64,000 bases of DNA from a virus (IMGVR_UViG_3300037467_003067:160001-224000), one strand, 5' to 3'. Positions 48,850 through 57,574 are shown, counted from the stretch's first letter. The notes: generated by a model not told the origin, from the letters alone. Program-made: numbers and translations.

Positions 48850-50778
48850 ATGTCAACGAAAACGGAATTTGTCGATATGCCGATGATTCCGGCTCTCCCG
48901 GCTCCCGAGCCGAAGCCGGACGTGCCGACCTATGAGTTCATCAAAGAACTCACGACCGCCATGAAGAGCGGTTCGAGTCGGAGCTTGATCCTCTCGGGCA
49001 GCGTCCAAGACCTCTTCTTCTCCAAGACAAAGTCCAAGGAGAGCTACGTCCCCCTCGTGTCGCTGCTCATCGACAAGTTTTCGTTCGACAACAAGGTCAA
49101 CGTGGGCGGCGAGGAAGTCAAACTCGCTATCCTCCAACTCGACCTCAATGACGGTATCCGGTTCCTGAATGGGTGTGAAACCTCCGTGGTCGATATGTTC
49201 GTCGCCTGGCAGATCGGTCTCAAGAAAGTCGAGCATCTGCCCGCCGCGTCGAAAACCACGATGGCGAAAGTCCCCGGTCCGACCAACCCCAGCACGAAGG
49301 GTGGCAGCCTCGAAGCAAGCCGCAAGTCCATCGTGGACACGCTCTATGCCAACCTCCGAGAAGCCCGCAACAACTACGGGACCGCCCTGCAGATCCTTCG
49401 CCGATTCGTCGAAGCCTCGCAGTTCACCAATGGTCCAAAGCTGTTGATCATCATCGAGGGTGCCGACCTGATCGTGCCAGCCGGGGGCGACCTTGCCACC
49501 TTGCCGACTTCCATGGTCCGTAAACTCGGCATCTTGGAAAGTTGGTTCTCTGACCCCGATTTCATGGACGGCAAGAGTACCGTCGTCATGTTGGCGGATT
49601 CGATGTCGGCGATCCATCCGCGAGTAACTCGGCTGATGCAGATCACGAACATCGAAGTGCCAGCGCCGAGCCTGAATGACCGCTGGCACTTCATCGACCA
49701 CTACTACCAGTCGAAGGGGAAAACCACTCAGAACAACCCCAAGGAATTCGCCGAAGAGACAGCCGGATTGTCCATCCATTCGATCCGGCAACTAATCGTG
49801 TCCCAGATTGCCTTGGATGAGACCAAGCCGATCCCATCCAAGGCAATCTCGAAACAAGTGTCCGAGTTCCTCAAGTCGCAACTCGGGGAATCCATCAAAT
49901 ACTACAAACCCAATCACAAGCTCGACGCGGTCAGGGGCAACCGCAAATTGAAGGTTTACGGTAAGGACGAACTCATTCCGCGACTCCAGTCCAAAAATTC
50001 CAGCGCCTTGCCAGCAATGGTCATCACGGGTCCGATCGGCGTCGGCAAGACCTTCTACATCGATGCGATTGCGGCTGAGATGGATTGCCCAGTCCTAGAA
50101 CTCGGCAATATCCGTAGTCAGTGGTACGGCGGCACCGACATCATCCTCGATAAATTGGAACGCCTACTCTGGGTCATCCCCAAAGTCCTGATCATGGTGC
50201 CGGAAGCCGATACGGCATTCGGCGGGGTCGACAAGGGAATCCATGATACTGAACGGCGGTTAACCGGCAAGATACAGTCCCTCATGTCCAATCCGGGTCT
50301 GAAAGGAAAGGTTTGTTGGGTCTTGGATACCGCCCGCGTCGACCAACTCAGCCCCGACATCCGGCGTCCAGGTCGAGCCGACCTGATCATTCCGATGTTT
50401 GATCCCGACGATGAGGACCGCAAGGATTTCGTCGATATGCTCTTCGACAAAATCCCTCAACTGAAGACCGCCGAAGCGATGACCAGTCTGACCTCGATAA
50501 CCAAGGGATTCTCTGCAGGTCTCTTCGGCGCGATCCGAGGGCGAATCCAGTCGGCGATCGACCAGGGCAAGATGGAATCCCTGGACCAATTGATCTGGAT
50601 CGTGAATGACACCATGGTCCCGGATATCACGACGGATCGAAGGGTGCAAGAATTGAACGCCCTCTTGAACAGCACCAGTCGGTCACTCCTGCCCGACATC
50701 TACCAGAATGGCGACATGAGTCAATACCGAGAGAAGTGGGCGAATGAGATCAAAGCCTTGAAGGGAAAAAGTGTGTGA
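48850..50778 (+). CDS. AAA+ ATPase with degenerate N-terminal AAA module
   Basis: GPIGVGKT Walker A, SQWYG pore loop, MVPEAD (altered Walker B), RRPGRAD arginine finger. Confidence 0.85.
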   Translation: MSTKTEFVDMPMIPALPAPEPKPDVPTYEFIKELTTAMKSGSSRSLILSGSVQDLFFSKTKSKESYVPLVSLLIDKFSFDNKVNVGGEEVKLAILQLDLNDGIRFLNGCETSVVDMFVAWQIGLKKVEHLPAASKTTMAKVPGPTNPSTKGGSLEASRKSIVDTLYANLREARNNYGTALQILRRFVEASQFTNGPKLLIIIEGADLIVPAGGDLATLPTSMVRKLGILESWFSDPDFMDGKSTVVMLADSMSAIHPRVTRLMQITNIEVPAPSLNDRWHFIDHYYQSKGKTTQNNPKEFAEETAGLSIHSIRQLIVSQIALDETKPIPSKAISKQVSEFLKSQLGESIKYYKPNHKLDAVRGNRKLKVYGKDELIPRLQSKNSSALPAMVITGPIGVGKTFYIDAIAAEMDCPVLELGNIRSQWYGGTDIILDKLERLLWVIPKVLIMVPEADTAFGGVDKGIHDTERRLTGKIQSLMSNPGLKGKVCWVLDTARVDQLSPDIRRPGRADLIIPMFDPDDEDRKDFVDMLFDKIPQLKTAEAMTSLTSITKGFSAGLFGAIRGRIQSAIDQGKMESLDQLIWIVNDTMVPDITTDRRVQELNALLNSTSRSLLPDIYQNGDMSQYREKWANEIKALKGKSV

Positions 50779-50814
50779 TTAACTGGAACCGGTCACGAGC
50801 AAAGAGGACTAGGC

Positions 50815-51099
50815 ATGGAAGTCCATGAGAGTGCAAAGCCACCATTCACGCCTCACCCCGAGGAAGCCGCTGAGTTTCATGTTTTCCGTGTAGGCATCGT
50901 TCATGCAGAAATATGTTCGAGCCATACGGAGACCTTGCAGGTCCAATCTCTCCTGGAAGAAGTCCACCCTGCAGGGTCGGGGAATTGCTGGAAGCTTCTC
51001 CAGAGGTCGGTGAACGGCAAGTCCTATCCTAGTTCGTGCTCCAAATTTCCGAAATCCCACTACCATTACCTATTCGCCATCGGCGAGAAAGAGAAATGA
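50815..51099 (+). CDS. Hypothetical protein
   Basis: 94-aa ORF with GAGG RBS. Confidence 0.55.
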   Translation: MEVHESAKPPFTPHPEEAAEFHVFRVGIVHAEICSSHTETLQVQSLLEEVHPAGSGNCWKLLQRSVNGKSYPSSCSKFPKSHYHYLFAIGEKEK

Positions 51100-51269
51100 T
51101 GCCAGATATCATCAAAACAATCGAATACAAGGGATACAACTTGGTCCAGTGCCAGTGTTTCTGTGGTTCCACTTTCCACGCCCTCAAATCGGAGGTGGAG
51201 AGTGGCGAAATCAAGTCATGCGGTCACGTCCGTGCTGGCAACATCCTGGACCGTCTCGTCGCACAGTAA
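51096..51269 (+). CDS. Small Cys-rich protein (CxCxCG...SCG)
   Basis: Motif resembles N-terminal domain of phage HNH proteins. Confidence 0.55.
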   Translation: MMPDIIKTIEYKGYNLVQCQCFCGSTFHALKSEVESGEIKSCGHVRAGNILDRLVAQ

Positions 51270-51290
51270 ACCAATCCAGAGGAATCTTCC

Positions 51291-51698
51291 ATGCGAACCC
51301 CCGAGACACTGAAATTCGCGGTGTCCCATGAATGGGCCGCACACGACGACGCCGATATCCAGAGCGATATCATCGTCTGCGGAATCTCCCAATTCGCCGT
51401 GGACCAATTGACCGACATCATTGTCATCGACCTTCCCAAGGTCGGAACCCAAGTCACGCAAGGGAAAGCGGCGGGAGAGATCGAGTCGGTCAAAGCCGTC
51501 TCAGACATCTACTCGCCCGTGACCGGCGAGATCATCGAGGTCAATGACAAGTTGGTTTCCGATGTTTCTCTGCTCTCCAGCGATCCCTACGGAGAGGGAT
51601 GGCTCTTCAGGATTCGACCAGTCCAGGCAAACTCGGTCGAGAGTCTCATGTCCTATGAGGAATATCAAGCCCAAATTGCAAAGGAAAAGGAACACTAA
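51291..51698 (+). CDS. gcvH: Glycine cleavage system H protein
   Basis: SHEW, GISQFA, ESVKAVSD lipoyl-Lys, SDPYGEGW. Confidence 0.95.
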   Translation: MRTPETLKFAVSHEWAAHDDADIQSDIIVCGISQFAVDQLTDIIVIDLPKVGTQVTQGKAAGEIESVKAVSDIYSPVTGEIIEVNDKLVSDVSLLSSDPYGEGWLFRIRPVQANSVESLMSYEEYQAQIAKEKEH

Positions 51699-52300
51699 TG
51701 TCTTATCTCCCCACAGTAAAAAACAGAAAAAACAAAGCCGTTGAGCCGGATCGAAACCAGCAAATTGTTGCAAAGTACACCAGGTCCGACTCGACGGCTA
51801 TAAGGTCATATCCTAAAGCACAATTTGTCAGTGTGTACAGGATCACACGCCATGCCCGAGAACGATATCTCCAGAGATTTTCCAACTTATCGAAATACAA
51901 ACACATTGATTCTTGTCCTCAAAGAGATACCTGCAAGCACTGCCATTCCCTTCGCATCGCCCTCAAGCAACTCGCCGATGACCAAAGGTTCGAGGTCGAC
52001 AAGGAAATTGAACGACGGATCAACCAAGCCAAAGAAGAACGCTCTTATATCAATAATACCGAACTGATGCTTCGCCTCTGGGAAGAGTACGGCTACGATT
52101 CAAGATTCCGGTTCCTGAGAGATCAGGATGCCGTGTTCGTCATCGGTCAGAATGGTCCGATCCAGACTGTTATCACGGTATTACCCATGGGGTCTCCGAT
52201 CGGGAAACAAATCTCTGTTCATGTCAAATTCCGCAAGAAAGACAAAGGACGGCTTCCTCAACCAGAACCCGAAGAAGAAACTTACATTGCCGACAGGTGA
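51698..52300 (+). CDS. Hypothetical protein
   Basis: ITRHARERY..R and TVITV resemble BECR/RelE-like fold motifs (weak). Confidence 0.55.
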   Translation: MSYLPTVKNRKNKAVEPDRNQQIVAKYTRSDSTAIRSYPKAQFVSVYRITRHARERYLQRFSNLSKYKHIDSCPQRDTCKHCHSLRIALKQLADDQRFEVDKEIERRINQAKEERSYINNTELMLRLWEEYGYDSRFRFLRDQDAVFVIGQNGPIQTVITVLPMGSPIGKQISVHVKFRKKDKGRLPQPEPEEETYIADR

Positions 52301-52307
52301 CCCAAAG

Positions 52308-53513
52308 ATGCCAAATACTTCTCTTGACGGGATGATTGCACACCTGACCAAGGGAGCGAGGATCGAGACCAACTACAACGAGTTTCGTGACAAGCTCGCC
52401 GAAGGTCGACCATTGGTCGTGAAGTACGGCATCGATCCCACAGGGGTCGATGTCCATCTGGGTCATACCGTGCCCTTGCGTATTCTCCGGAGATTCCAGG
52501 AAGCCGGTCATCAGGCAACGATCATCATCGGTGACTTCACCGCACAGATCGGAGACCCAAGTGGTCGTAATGAGACCAGACCTCCATTATCTCGTCAGCA
52601 GATCAACGAGAACATGAAGGGCTACCTTTCGCAAATCGGCAAGTTCATCGACATGTCCAAGGTCAGGACGTTCTACAACTCCACCTGGTGTCACCGTATG
52701 CGGTTGGTGGATGTCCTCGCCGAATTCGCGCCCATAACCGCACAAAGAATGCTCGACCGCGACGACTTCTCCAAGCGGCTCAAGGAACAACAGCCCGTCT
52801 ACCTCCATGAATTCATCTATCCTGTGATCCAGGGCATCGACTCAAGAGAAATACACGCTGACGTAGAACTCGGCGGCACGGAACAACTCTATACTCTCTT
52901 GATCGCCAGAGATATCCAGCAACGCGCCGGACAACCTCAACAAACCTGCATCACGGTGCCGATCCTCCGGGGACTCGACGGCAAAAGAAGGATGGGCAAG
53001 TCCCTCAAGAACTATGTCGGGATCAATGACAGTCCTGCCGACGTGTTCGGCAAGACGATGAGCATTCCCGATGAATTGCTTCAGGAATGGTACGATCTCC
53101 TCACTGACCAAACATATAATCCCGAAAAGCACCCGAAAGGACAGAAACTCGCCCTTGCCTCCATCCTCGTCACGCAAATCTATGACAAGGAGACGGCGGC
53201 AAAAGCACAAGAAGATTGGGAGACGCAATTTTCCAAGAAGCAAGATCCCAGCGAGATTACCGAAGTCGTAATCCCGCCGCAGGAAATGTCCATCTGTCAT
53301 CTTTTGGTGGCGAGTCAACTTGCTGCCAGTCTCAGTGAAGCAAGACGTGCCATCATCCCCAACCCAAAGACAGATGGAGATGGTTCCAAGAGTAGCGTGA
53401 CACTCGGTCCCGATCGCACGAAGATCCTTGATCCCAAGACAGTGGTTGCGATCGAGGACAATATGATCCTGCGATTGGGCAAAAGGAAGATTGTCCGCAT
53501 TCGAACCAAGTAA
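52308..53513 (+). CDS. tyrS: Tyrosyl-tRNA synthetase
   Basis: GIDPT..HLGH, GDFTA.IGDPSG, ELGGTEQ, RMGKS, C-terminal S4-like domain. Confidence 0.96.
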   Translation: MPNTSLDGMIAHLTKGARIETNYNEFRDKLAEGRPLVVKYGIDPTGVDVHLGHTVPLRILRRFQEAGHQATIIIGDFTAQIGDPSGRNETRPPLSRQQINENMKGYLSQIGKFIDMSKVRTFYNSTWCHRMRLVDVLAEFAPITAQRMLDRDDFSKRLKEQQPVYLHEFIYPVIQGIDSREIHADVELGGTEQLYTLLIARDIQQRAGQPQQTCITVPILRGLDGKRRMGKSLKNYVGINDSPADVFGKTMSIPDELLQEWYDLLTDQTYNPEKHPKGQKLALASILVTQIYDKETAAKAQEDWETQFSKKQDPSEITEVVIPPQEMSICHLLVASQLAASLSEARRAIIPNPKTDGDGSKSSVTLGPDRTKILDPKTVVAIEDNMILRLGKRKIVRIRTK

Positions 53514-53639
53514 ATTGGGAACTTGGTAGATTTTACGTTGCCCCACTCCCTAGATGCCTATATCATTATAGATAGTCCGTCCCAATGGGGCTGGCTATCT
53601 TGTAGGCATCCATGATTCCATGCATCTAGGGAGGGTAGA

Positions 53640-54224
53640 GTGATGAGCAGCAGAGAGGAACGTAGATCCACCAGGAGCGATCGTCGCGAGGCAATGAGCG
53701 GGAGGGACCGGAGTTCGCGACGGGATCAACCGGAAGAACGTCAGCCGGTTCGCCGCGAGGGCAGTCGGCATGGCTACCGAGCCAAGGACTACGGCTCTTG
53801 GGACGGCACCAAGGAATCGATCCCCGGCGACATCACCCGCGACAATACGCCCGACATGCGGGATGCCCGCAACCGCGAGGCATTCCTCGGGGAGTCCGAA
53901 GAAGAGCGACGGGAGCGGACCGCCCGCCAGATCCAAGGACAAAGCACGGAAGGTGGACGTCGCGACCGAACACGCAGGCGGGAACCAGAGGATCGGAGTC
54001 GGCGTACCGAATCACGGCGTGACCAAAGTGACCGATCCCAAGGGGGCGGCAGTGATCAGCCCCAACGGGCAACCATGGATGATCTCGATAGTGTCCTGAA
54101 CGATCTCGAAGACATCATCGAGGACGCCGACGACAACGATCTCCTCTCCGTGGCTGAGGACTTGTACAAGATCCAGGGGAATCTCTTGAGCGAGATCGGA
54201 CGTCGTGACCGTCCAAGGAGTTGA
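53640..54224 (+). CDS. Arg/Asp/Glu-rich disordered protein with C-terminal helical hairpin
   Basis: 194-aa ORF with GGGAGG RBS. Confidence 0.65.
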   Translation: MMSSREERRSTRSDRREAMSGRDRSSRRDQPEERQPVRREGSRHGYRAKDYGSWDGTKESIPGDITRDNTPDMRDARNREAFLGESEEERRERTARQIQGQSTEGGRRDRTRRREPEDRSRRTESRRDQSDRSQGGGSDQPQRATMDDLDSVLNDLEDIIEDADDNDLLSVAEDLYKIQGNLLSEIGRRDRPRS

Positions 54225-54245
54225 ATCTGATCTGTTCAAAAACCA

Positions 54246-54283
54246 ACGACTCGGGTACTATGTGTTGAGTACCCGAGTCGTTG
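54246..54283. terminator. Hairpin
   Basis: AACGACTCGGGTACT...AGTACCCGAGTCGTT. Confidence 0.6.
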
Positions 54284-54526
54284 AATGGAGAATGGAAATA
54301 TGCCTCAAGACCTTGCAAAGATGAAGTCGAAAGTAACAGACTTCGTGACCATCGAAATTCGAGGAAGAAAAATCAAGGTGGCACGTGCCACTGCGTCACC
54401 CAATCCCGAAGGCGTCCGTGTGCTTCGCTCAATTTTTGAGTCAGCAGAGGCGATGCGGATTCGCGACTCCTTGAGAGATTGATTTTCGCTGCTGAAAACA
54501 AAATTGGAATTTTTTCAAAAATTGTC

Positions 54527-54555
54527 TTGTAAAATTGAAGCGACCTTGATATATT
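54527..54555 (+). promoter_or_regulatory. sigma70-type promoter upstream of leader peptide
   Basis: TTGTAA-17 bp-TATATT with extended -10 TG. Confidence 0.65.
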
Positions 54556-54609
54556 AGTACAAGACTCACTTGTAGTTCATTAGACCCTTTCAGACAAGGA
54601 ACCCGAAAA

Positions 54610-54687
54610 ATGTTATTGTCGTTGCTTAGTTTGTTTTCCTTTAGCTCGTTGCTTTATAGCAACCTGAGCATCGGAGGCATCTCGTAG
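54610..54687 (+). CDS. Putative attenuator leader peptide MLLSLLSLFSFSSLLYSNLSIGGIS (not in ORF track)
   Basis: AAGGA RBS; 8 Leu, 8 Ser, 2 Phe, 1 Tyr in 25 codons; TAG TAA double stop; terminator 27 nt later. Confidence 0.7.
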   Translation: MLLSLLSLFSFSSLLYSNLSIGGIS

Positions 54688-54714
54688 TAAGCGAATGGCA
54701 TACAAGGGTTCCTG

Positions 54715-54763
54715 AAAACCCGCCCGCTGAACCGAGAGACACGGTTCAGCGGGCGGGTTTTTT
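54715..54763 (+). terminator. Strong intrinsic terminator (putative attenuator)
   Basis: CCCGCCCGCTGAACCG-agagaca-CGGTTCAGCGGGCGGG + TTTTTT. Confidence 0.88.
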
Positions 54764-54822
54764 ATTTGGACTTTTTGACCTTCCAACAAATATCCAAAAA
54801 ATGTATAATACACGAGGCAACA

Positions 54823-54996
54823 ATGAAGAAAAAAGTCAACGAAGTCTTGAAACTAAAAAACAAGAAACCCTGGCAGGTGTCCCGAGGGCATCGAGTGGTC
54901 AAACAAACCGGTGGCATCCACGCCGACAAGCGGGTTGACGAGCCAGGCAAAGGCGGAAGAAAACAAGACCAATTCCGCAAGCTCATGGATGACTGA
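54823..54996 (+). CDS. Small basic protein (57 aa)
   Basis: MKKKVNEVLKLKNKKPWQVSRGH...GGIHADKR; GAGG RBS. Confidence 0.65.
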   Translation: MKKKVNEVLKLKNKKPWQVSRGHRVVKQTGGIHADKRVDEPGKGGRKQDQFRKLMDD

Positions 54997-55005
54997 AATA
55001 CAAAT

Positions 55006-55077
55006 GGGACTGAGGTGTAATTAGTAGCATGTTAATCTGAAAAGTTAACGGGTCGAGTGCGATTCTCGGCGGTCCCG
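55006..55077 (+). tRNA. tRNA-Phe(GAA)
   Basis: GGGACTG/CGGTCCC acceptor; TTAAT-CTGAAAA-GTTAA anticodon arm. Confidence 0.8.
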
Positions 55078-55113
55078 CTTCTTTGACAATTTGGCAAATC
55101 TTTAAGCATAATT

Positions 55114-55224
55114 CATTGACGATGCCCCTCGCAACCGGGGGTGCCTCACGTTGATTAAGCCGGATAAAAGCTAGGTTAGAAGCTCGCCGGTCCTAGGAGC
55201 GAGTGAAGGCTATATTCGTCAGTG
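55114..55224 (+). ncRNA. Unidentified structured RNA candidate (~110 nt)
   Basis: Closing stem CATTGACGA/TCGTCAGTG with nested hairpins. Confidence 0.4.
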
Positions 55225-55263
55225 AAAAACAATTTAAACAATAACTTAAATTCAAACTAAGCA

Positions 55264-55515
55264 ATGAAAAAAGTAATTCACGTTAATCAACACAAGATTA
55301 AAAGTAACCGTAAAACAGGTCTTAACGAACCGGTCCTTACCGTCAAGACCTACAAGACTAATGACTACGCTCACGAGGTCTACATCGACGGACCCTGTAA
55401 GATCATCTATCGTCCAAATAAGCCGCTCTCGTGCGGTGCCGAAGTCTGGATCGAGGTAGAGAGCGGGGTTGAAGTGGAGATAACTGATTTTCAGGGAGAG
55501 AATAGAGATGGATAA
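55264..55515 (+). CDS. Small phage hypothetical protein
   Basis: IHVNQHKI...PLSCGA.VWIE. Confidence 0.7.
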   Translation: MKKVIHVNQHKIKSNRKTGLNEPVLTVKTYKTNDYAHEVYIDGPCKIIYRPNKPLSCGAEVWIEVESGVEVEITDFQGENRDG

Positions 55516-55705
55516 CAGCAAAAATGAGGAACCAAAAATAAGGTCGTGGACTAAATTTTTGGATGCCATCTTTCCTTGGAACGGCGGTACTTGTCGGATC
55601 TGCCGCCAAAAATTTAAAACAGACGAACAATGGCATCACGTAGATGGATTGTTTGGCTATCAAATATGGAGATGTAATTGTAAAGGAAGATCGATCAATA
55701 GGTAA
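55508..55705 (+). CDS. Small Cys-containing hypothetical protein
   Basis: CRIC...CNC. Confidence 0.5.
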   Translation: MDNSKNEEPKIRSWTKFLDAIFPWNGGTCRICRQKFKTDEQWHHVDGLFGYQIWRCNCKGRSINR

Positions 55706-55717
55706 ACATTATCAAAC

Positions 55718-55794
55718 GGCAGTGTAGGAGAATTGGCATATCCGCTCAGTTCAGACCTGAGTGCTTTTGTGGGTTTCGAATCCCACCACTGCCA
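55718..55794 (+). tRNA. tRNA-Leu(CAG), short variable arm
   Basis: GGCAGTG/CACTGCC; CTCAG-TTCAGAC-CTGAG. Confidence 0.8.
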
Positions 55795-55800
55795 TCATAT

Positions 55801-55882
55801 GTCCACCTGGGGGAATTAGCAGACCCGTGGTACTCAAAATGCCATGCCGAGAGGCGTACCGGTGCGAGTCCGGTGGTGGATA
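55801..55882 (+). tRNA. tRNA-Leu(CAA)
   Basis: GTCCACC/GGTGGAT; TGGTA-CTCAAAA-TGCCA; long variable arm. Confidence 0.85.
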
Positions 55883-55886
55883 CTGC

Positions 55887-55967
55887 CAGGACGTGGCGTA
55901 AAGGCAGCCGCGCTAGTCTTAGGAACTAGTCCCGTAAGGGGTGAGGGTTCAACTCCCTCCGTCCGTA
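55887..55967 (+). tRNA. tRNA-Leu(TAG), imperfect acceptor stem
   Basis: CTAGT-CTTAGGA-ACTAG; GGTTCAACTCC T arm; only 5 acceptor pairs. Confidence 0.7.
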
Positions 55968-55973
55968 CTACAT

Positions 55974-56055
55974 GACCATCTGGGGGAATTAGCAGACCCA
56001 TGGCACTTAAAATGCCATACCGCAAGGTGTCTCAGTGCAAATCTGAGGATGGTTA
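55974..56055 (+). tRNA. tRNA-Leu(TAA)
   Basis: GACCATC/GATGGTT; TGGCA-CTTAAAA-TGCCA. Confidence 0.85.
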
Positions 56056-56062
56056 CTCGAAT

Positions 56063-56143
56063 GCGTCGGCTGGGCATTGACGAGCCCAAGTGGCTGTAAC
56101 CCACTCGCCTCTGGCTGTGGCGGTTTAACTCCGTCCCGACGCA
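56063..56143 (+). tRNA. tRNA-Tyr(GTA)
   Basis: GCGTCGG/CCGACGC; AGTGG-CTGTAAC-CCACT. Confidence 0.85.
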
Positions 56144-56163
56144 CTTTATTCAGGAGAAGACCA

Positions 56164-56346
56164 ATGGCGAAGAAAAAGATGACGATTCCGGAGCAGATCA
56201 AGCACGAGGAAGCGTACGTGGACTTCCTTCGCAAGCGATTGGATTCCGAGAACTACAAATCCAGTGTAGCTCCGGAAGAGTACCAAAAGACCAAAGAGAA
56301 GTATAACAAGGCGAAGTTTCGACTGAAGACCTTGAAGACTAAGTAA
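56164..56346 (+). CDS. Small basic coiled-coil protein
   Basis: MAKKKMTIPEQ...; AGGAG RBS. Confidence 0.65.
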   Translation: MAKKKMTIPEQIKHEEAYVDFLRKRLDSENYKSSVAPEEYQKTKEKYNKAKFRLKTLKTK

Positions 56347-56359
56347 AACAAATCAATCA

Positions 56360-56444
56360 GACCTTGTGCTGGAACAGGTATACAGCGTCGGCTTAGACCC
56401 GACGGTCCCTAGTAGACATGAGGGTTCGACTCCCTCCAAGGTCA
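56360..56444 (+). tRNA. tRNA-Leu(TAG)
   Basis: GACCTTG/CAAGGTC; GTCGG-CTTAGAC-CCGAC. Confidence 0.88.
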
Positions 56445-56450
56445 TTTTAT

Positions 56451-56534
56451 CGTCCCGTGCTGGAATTGGTATACAGCACCGATTGAGGATCGGTGATCCT
56501 TAGTGATATGAGGGTTCGACTCCCTTCGGGACGA
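56451..56534 (+). tRNA. tRNA-Leu(GAG)
   Basis: CGTCCCG/CGGGACG; ACCGA-TTGAGGA-TCGGT. Confidence 0.88.
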
Positions 56535-56590
56535 CTAAATAATTATTGGATAAAAACCATATAAAAGTTAGGATTCAACTATGTTATTGA

Positions 56591-57328
56591 ATGGCAAACT
56601 CAAATGTAGAATATACTAAAGAACTTCTAGAACCATTAGTCAAAACTAGCTATTCAGTAGCCCAAGTATTACGAAAACTTGGTAAAAGATTAGACGGAGG
56701 CGTTCATTCTCATTTATCTAAAACAATTAAAAACTTAGAATTGGATACATCTCATTTTACGGGACAAAGAAGCAACTGCGGTCCGAATCACAAAGGAGGA
56801 CTTCGCAGAAGAACATGGCAAGAAGTATTAGTTTTAAGGGCTAACGATAGAAGAAAAGAAGACACATACTTATTAAGACGCGCATTAATTGAATTTGGTC
56901 GTGAATATGTTTGTAGTAATGAAAAGTGTAAAATAGCAGGAGAGTGGCTAGGACAAGAAATAACCTTAGAAATTAATCATAAAGACTGTGATTGGTCGAA
57001 CAATAAACCAGAGAACTTAGAGTTTTTGTGTCCTAATTGCCATTCTCAATACCACAAATTTCTGACACAGTCCAAACGCAAGCATAATAGACAGATTAAA
57101 ACCAAATCTAATAAGTCTAATCATTGCGTTGATTGTAACAAAGCAATATATAATAAATCTACTCGATGTAAATCATGTCAAGGTAAAACATCTCCCAATA
57201 AAATTAATTGGCCGCCAACTAATGTTTTAATTGAAATGGTCCAACAAAGTAATTACTTAGCTGTGTCAAGACAGCTAGGAGTATCTGATAACGCAATTCG
57301 TAAGAGAATTAAAAATCACGCCGCTTAG
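56591..57328 (+). mobile_element. HNH homing endonuclease inserted in tRNA array
   Basis: LEINHKD..WSNN..ENL..LCPNCH; C-terminal HTH LGVSDNAIRK; AT-rich. Confidence 0.88.
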
Positions 57329-57340
57329 TGTAGCATAAGT

Positions 57341-57427
57341 GACCTTGTGGTGAAATTGGCGAGACACGGCGGGCTTAAACCCCGTTGCCTGTTAAAGGGC
57401 ATCCCAGTTCGAATCTGGGCAAGGTTA
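57341..57427 (+). tRNA. tRNA-Leu(TAA)
   Basis: GACCTTG/CAAGGTT; GCGGG-CTTAAAC-CCCGT. Confidence 0.85.
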
Positions 57428-57433
57428 TCATTG

Positions 57434-57515
57434 GGAGGGGTGGACACAGGCACGTCAGACCGGTTGCTAACCGGCTCGCCGGAAACGGTTGCAGGTTCAA
57501 ATCCTGTCCCCTCCG
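57434..57515 (+). tRNA. tRNA-Ser(GCT)
   Basis: GGAGGGG/CCCCTCC; CCGG-TTGCTAA-CCGG; G73. Confidence 0.82.
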
Positions 57516-57574
57516 CTCAATCAAAAAATCGAGAAATAAAATGAGTATCTTTTGAGTTGACAAATACATAATGC

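Noticed and set aside
54613-54813. 66-aa minus-strand ORF across the leader
   Set aside because: Runs through the terminator; the + strand promoter-RBS-uORF-terminator arrangement explains the region better
55114-55224. 5S rRNA or tmRNA identity for the structured RNA
   Set aside because: Lacks recognisable 5S conserved loops; too short for tmRNA and has no tag ORF
55834-57569. Short ORFs overlapping tRNA genes (55834-56025, 56007-56234, 57347-57544, 57375-57569)
   Set aside because: Coincide with tRNA cloverleafs
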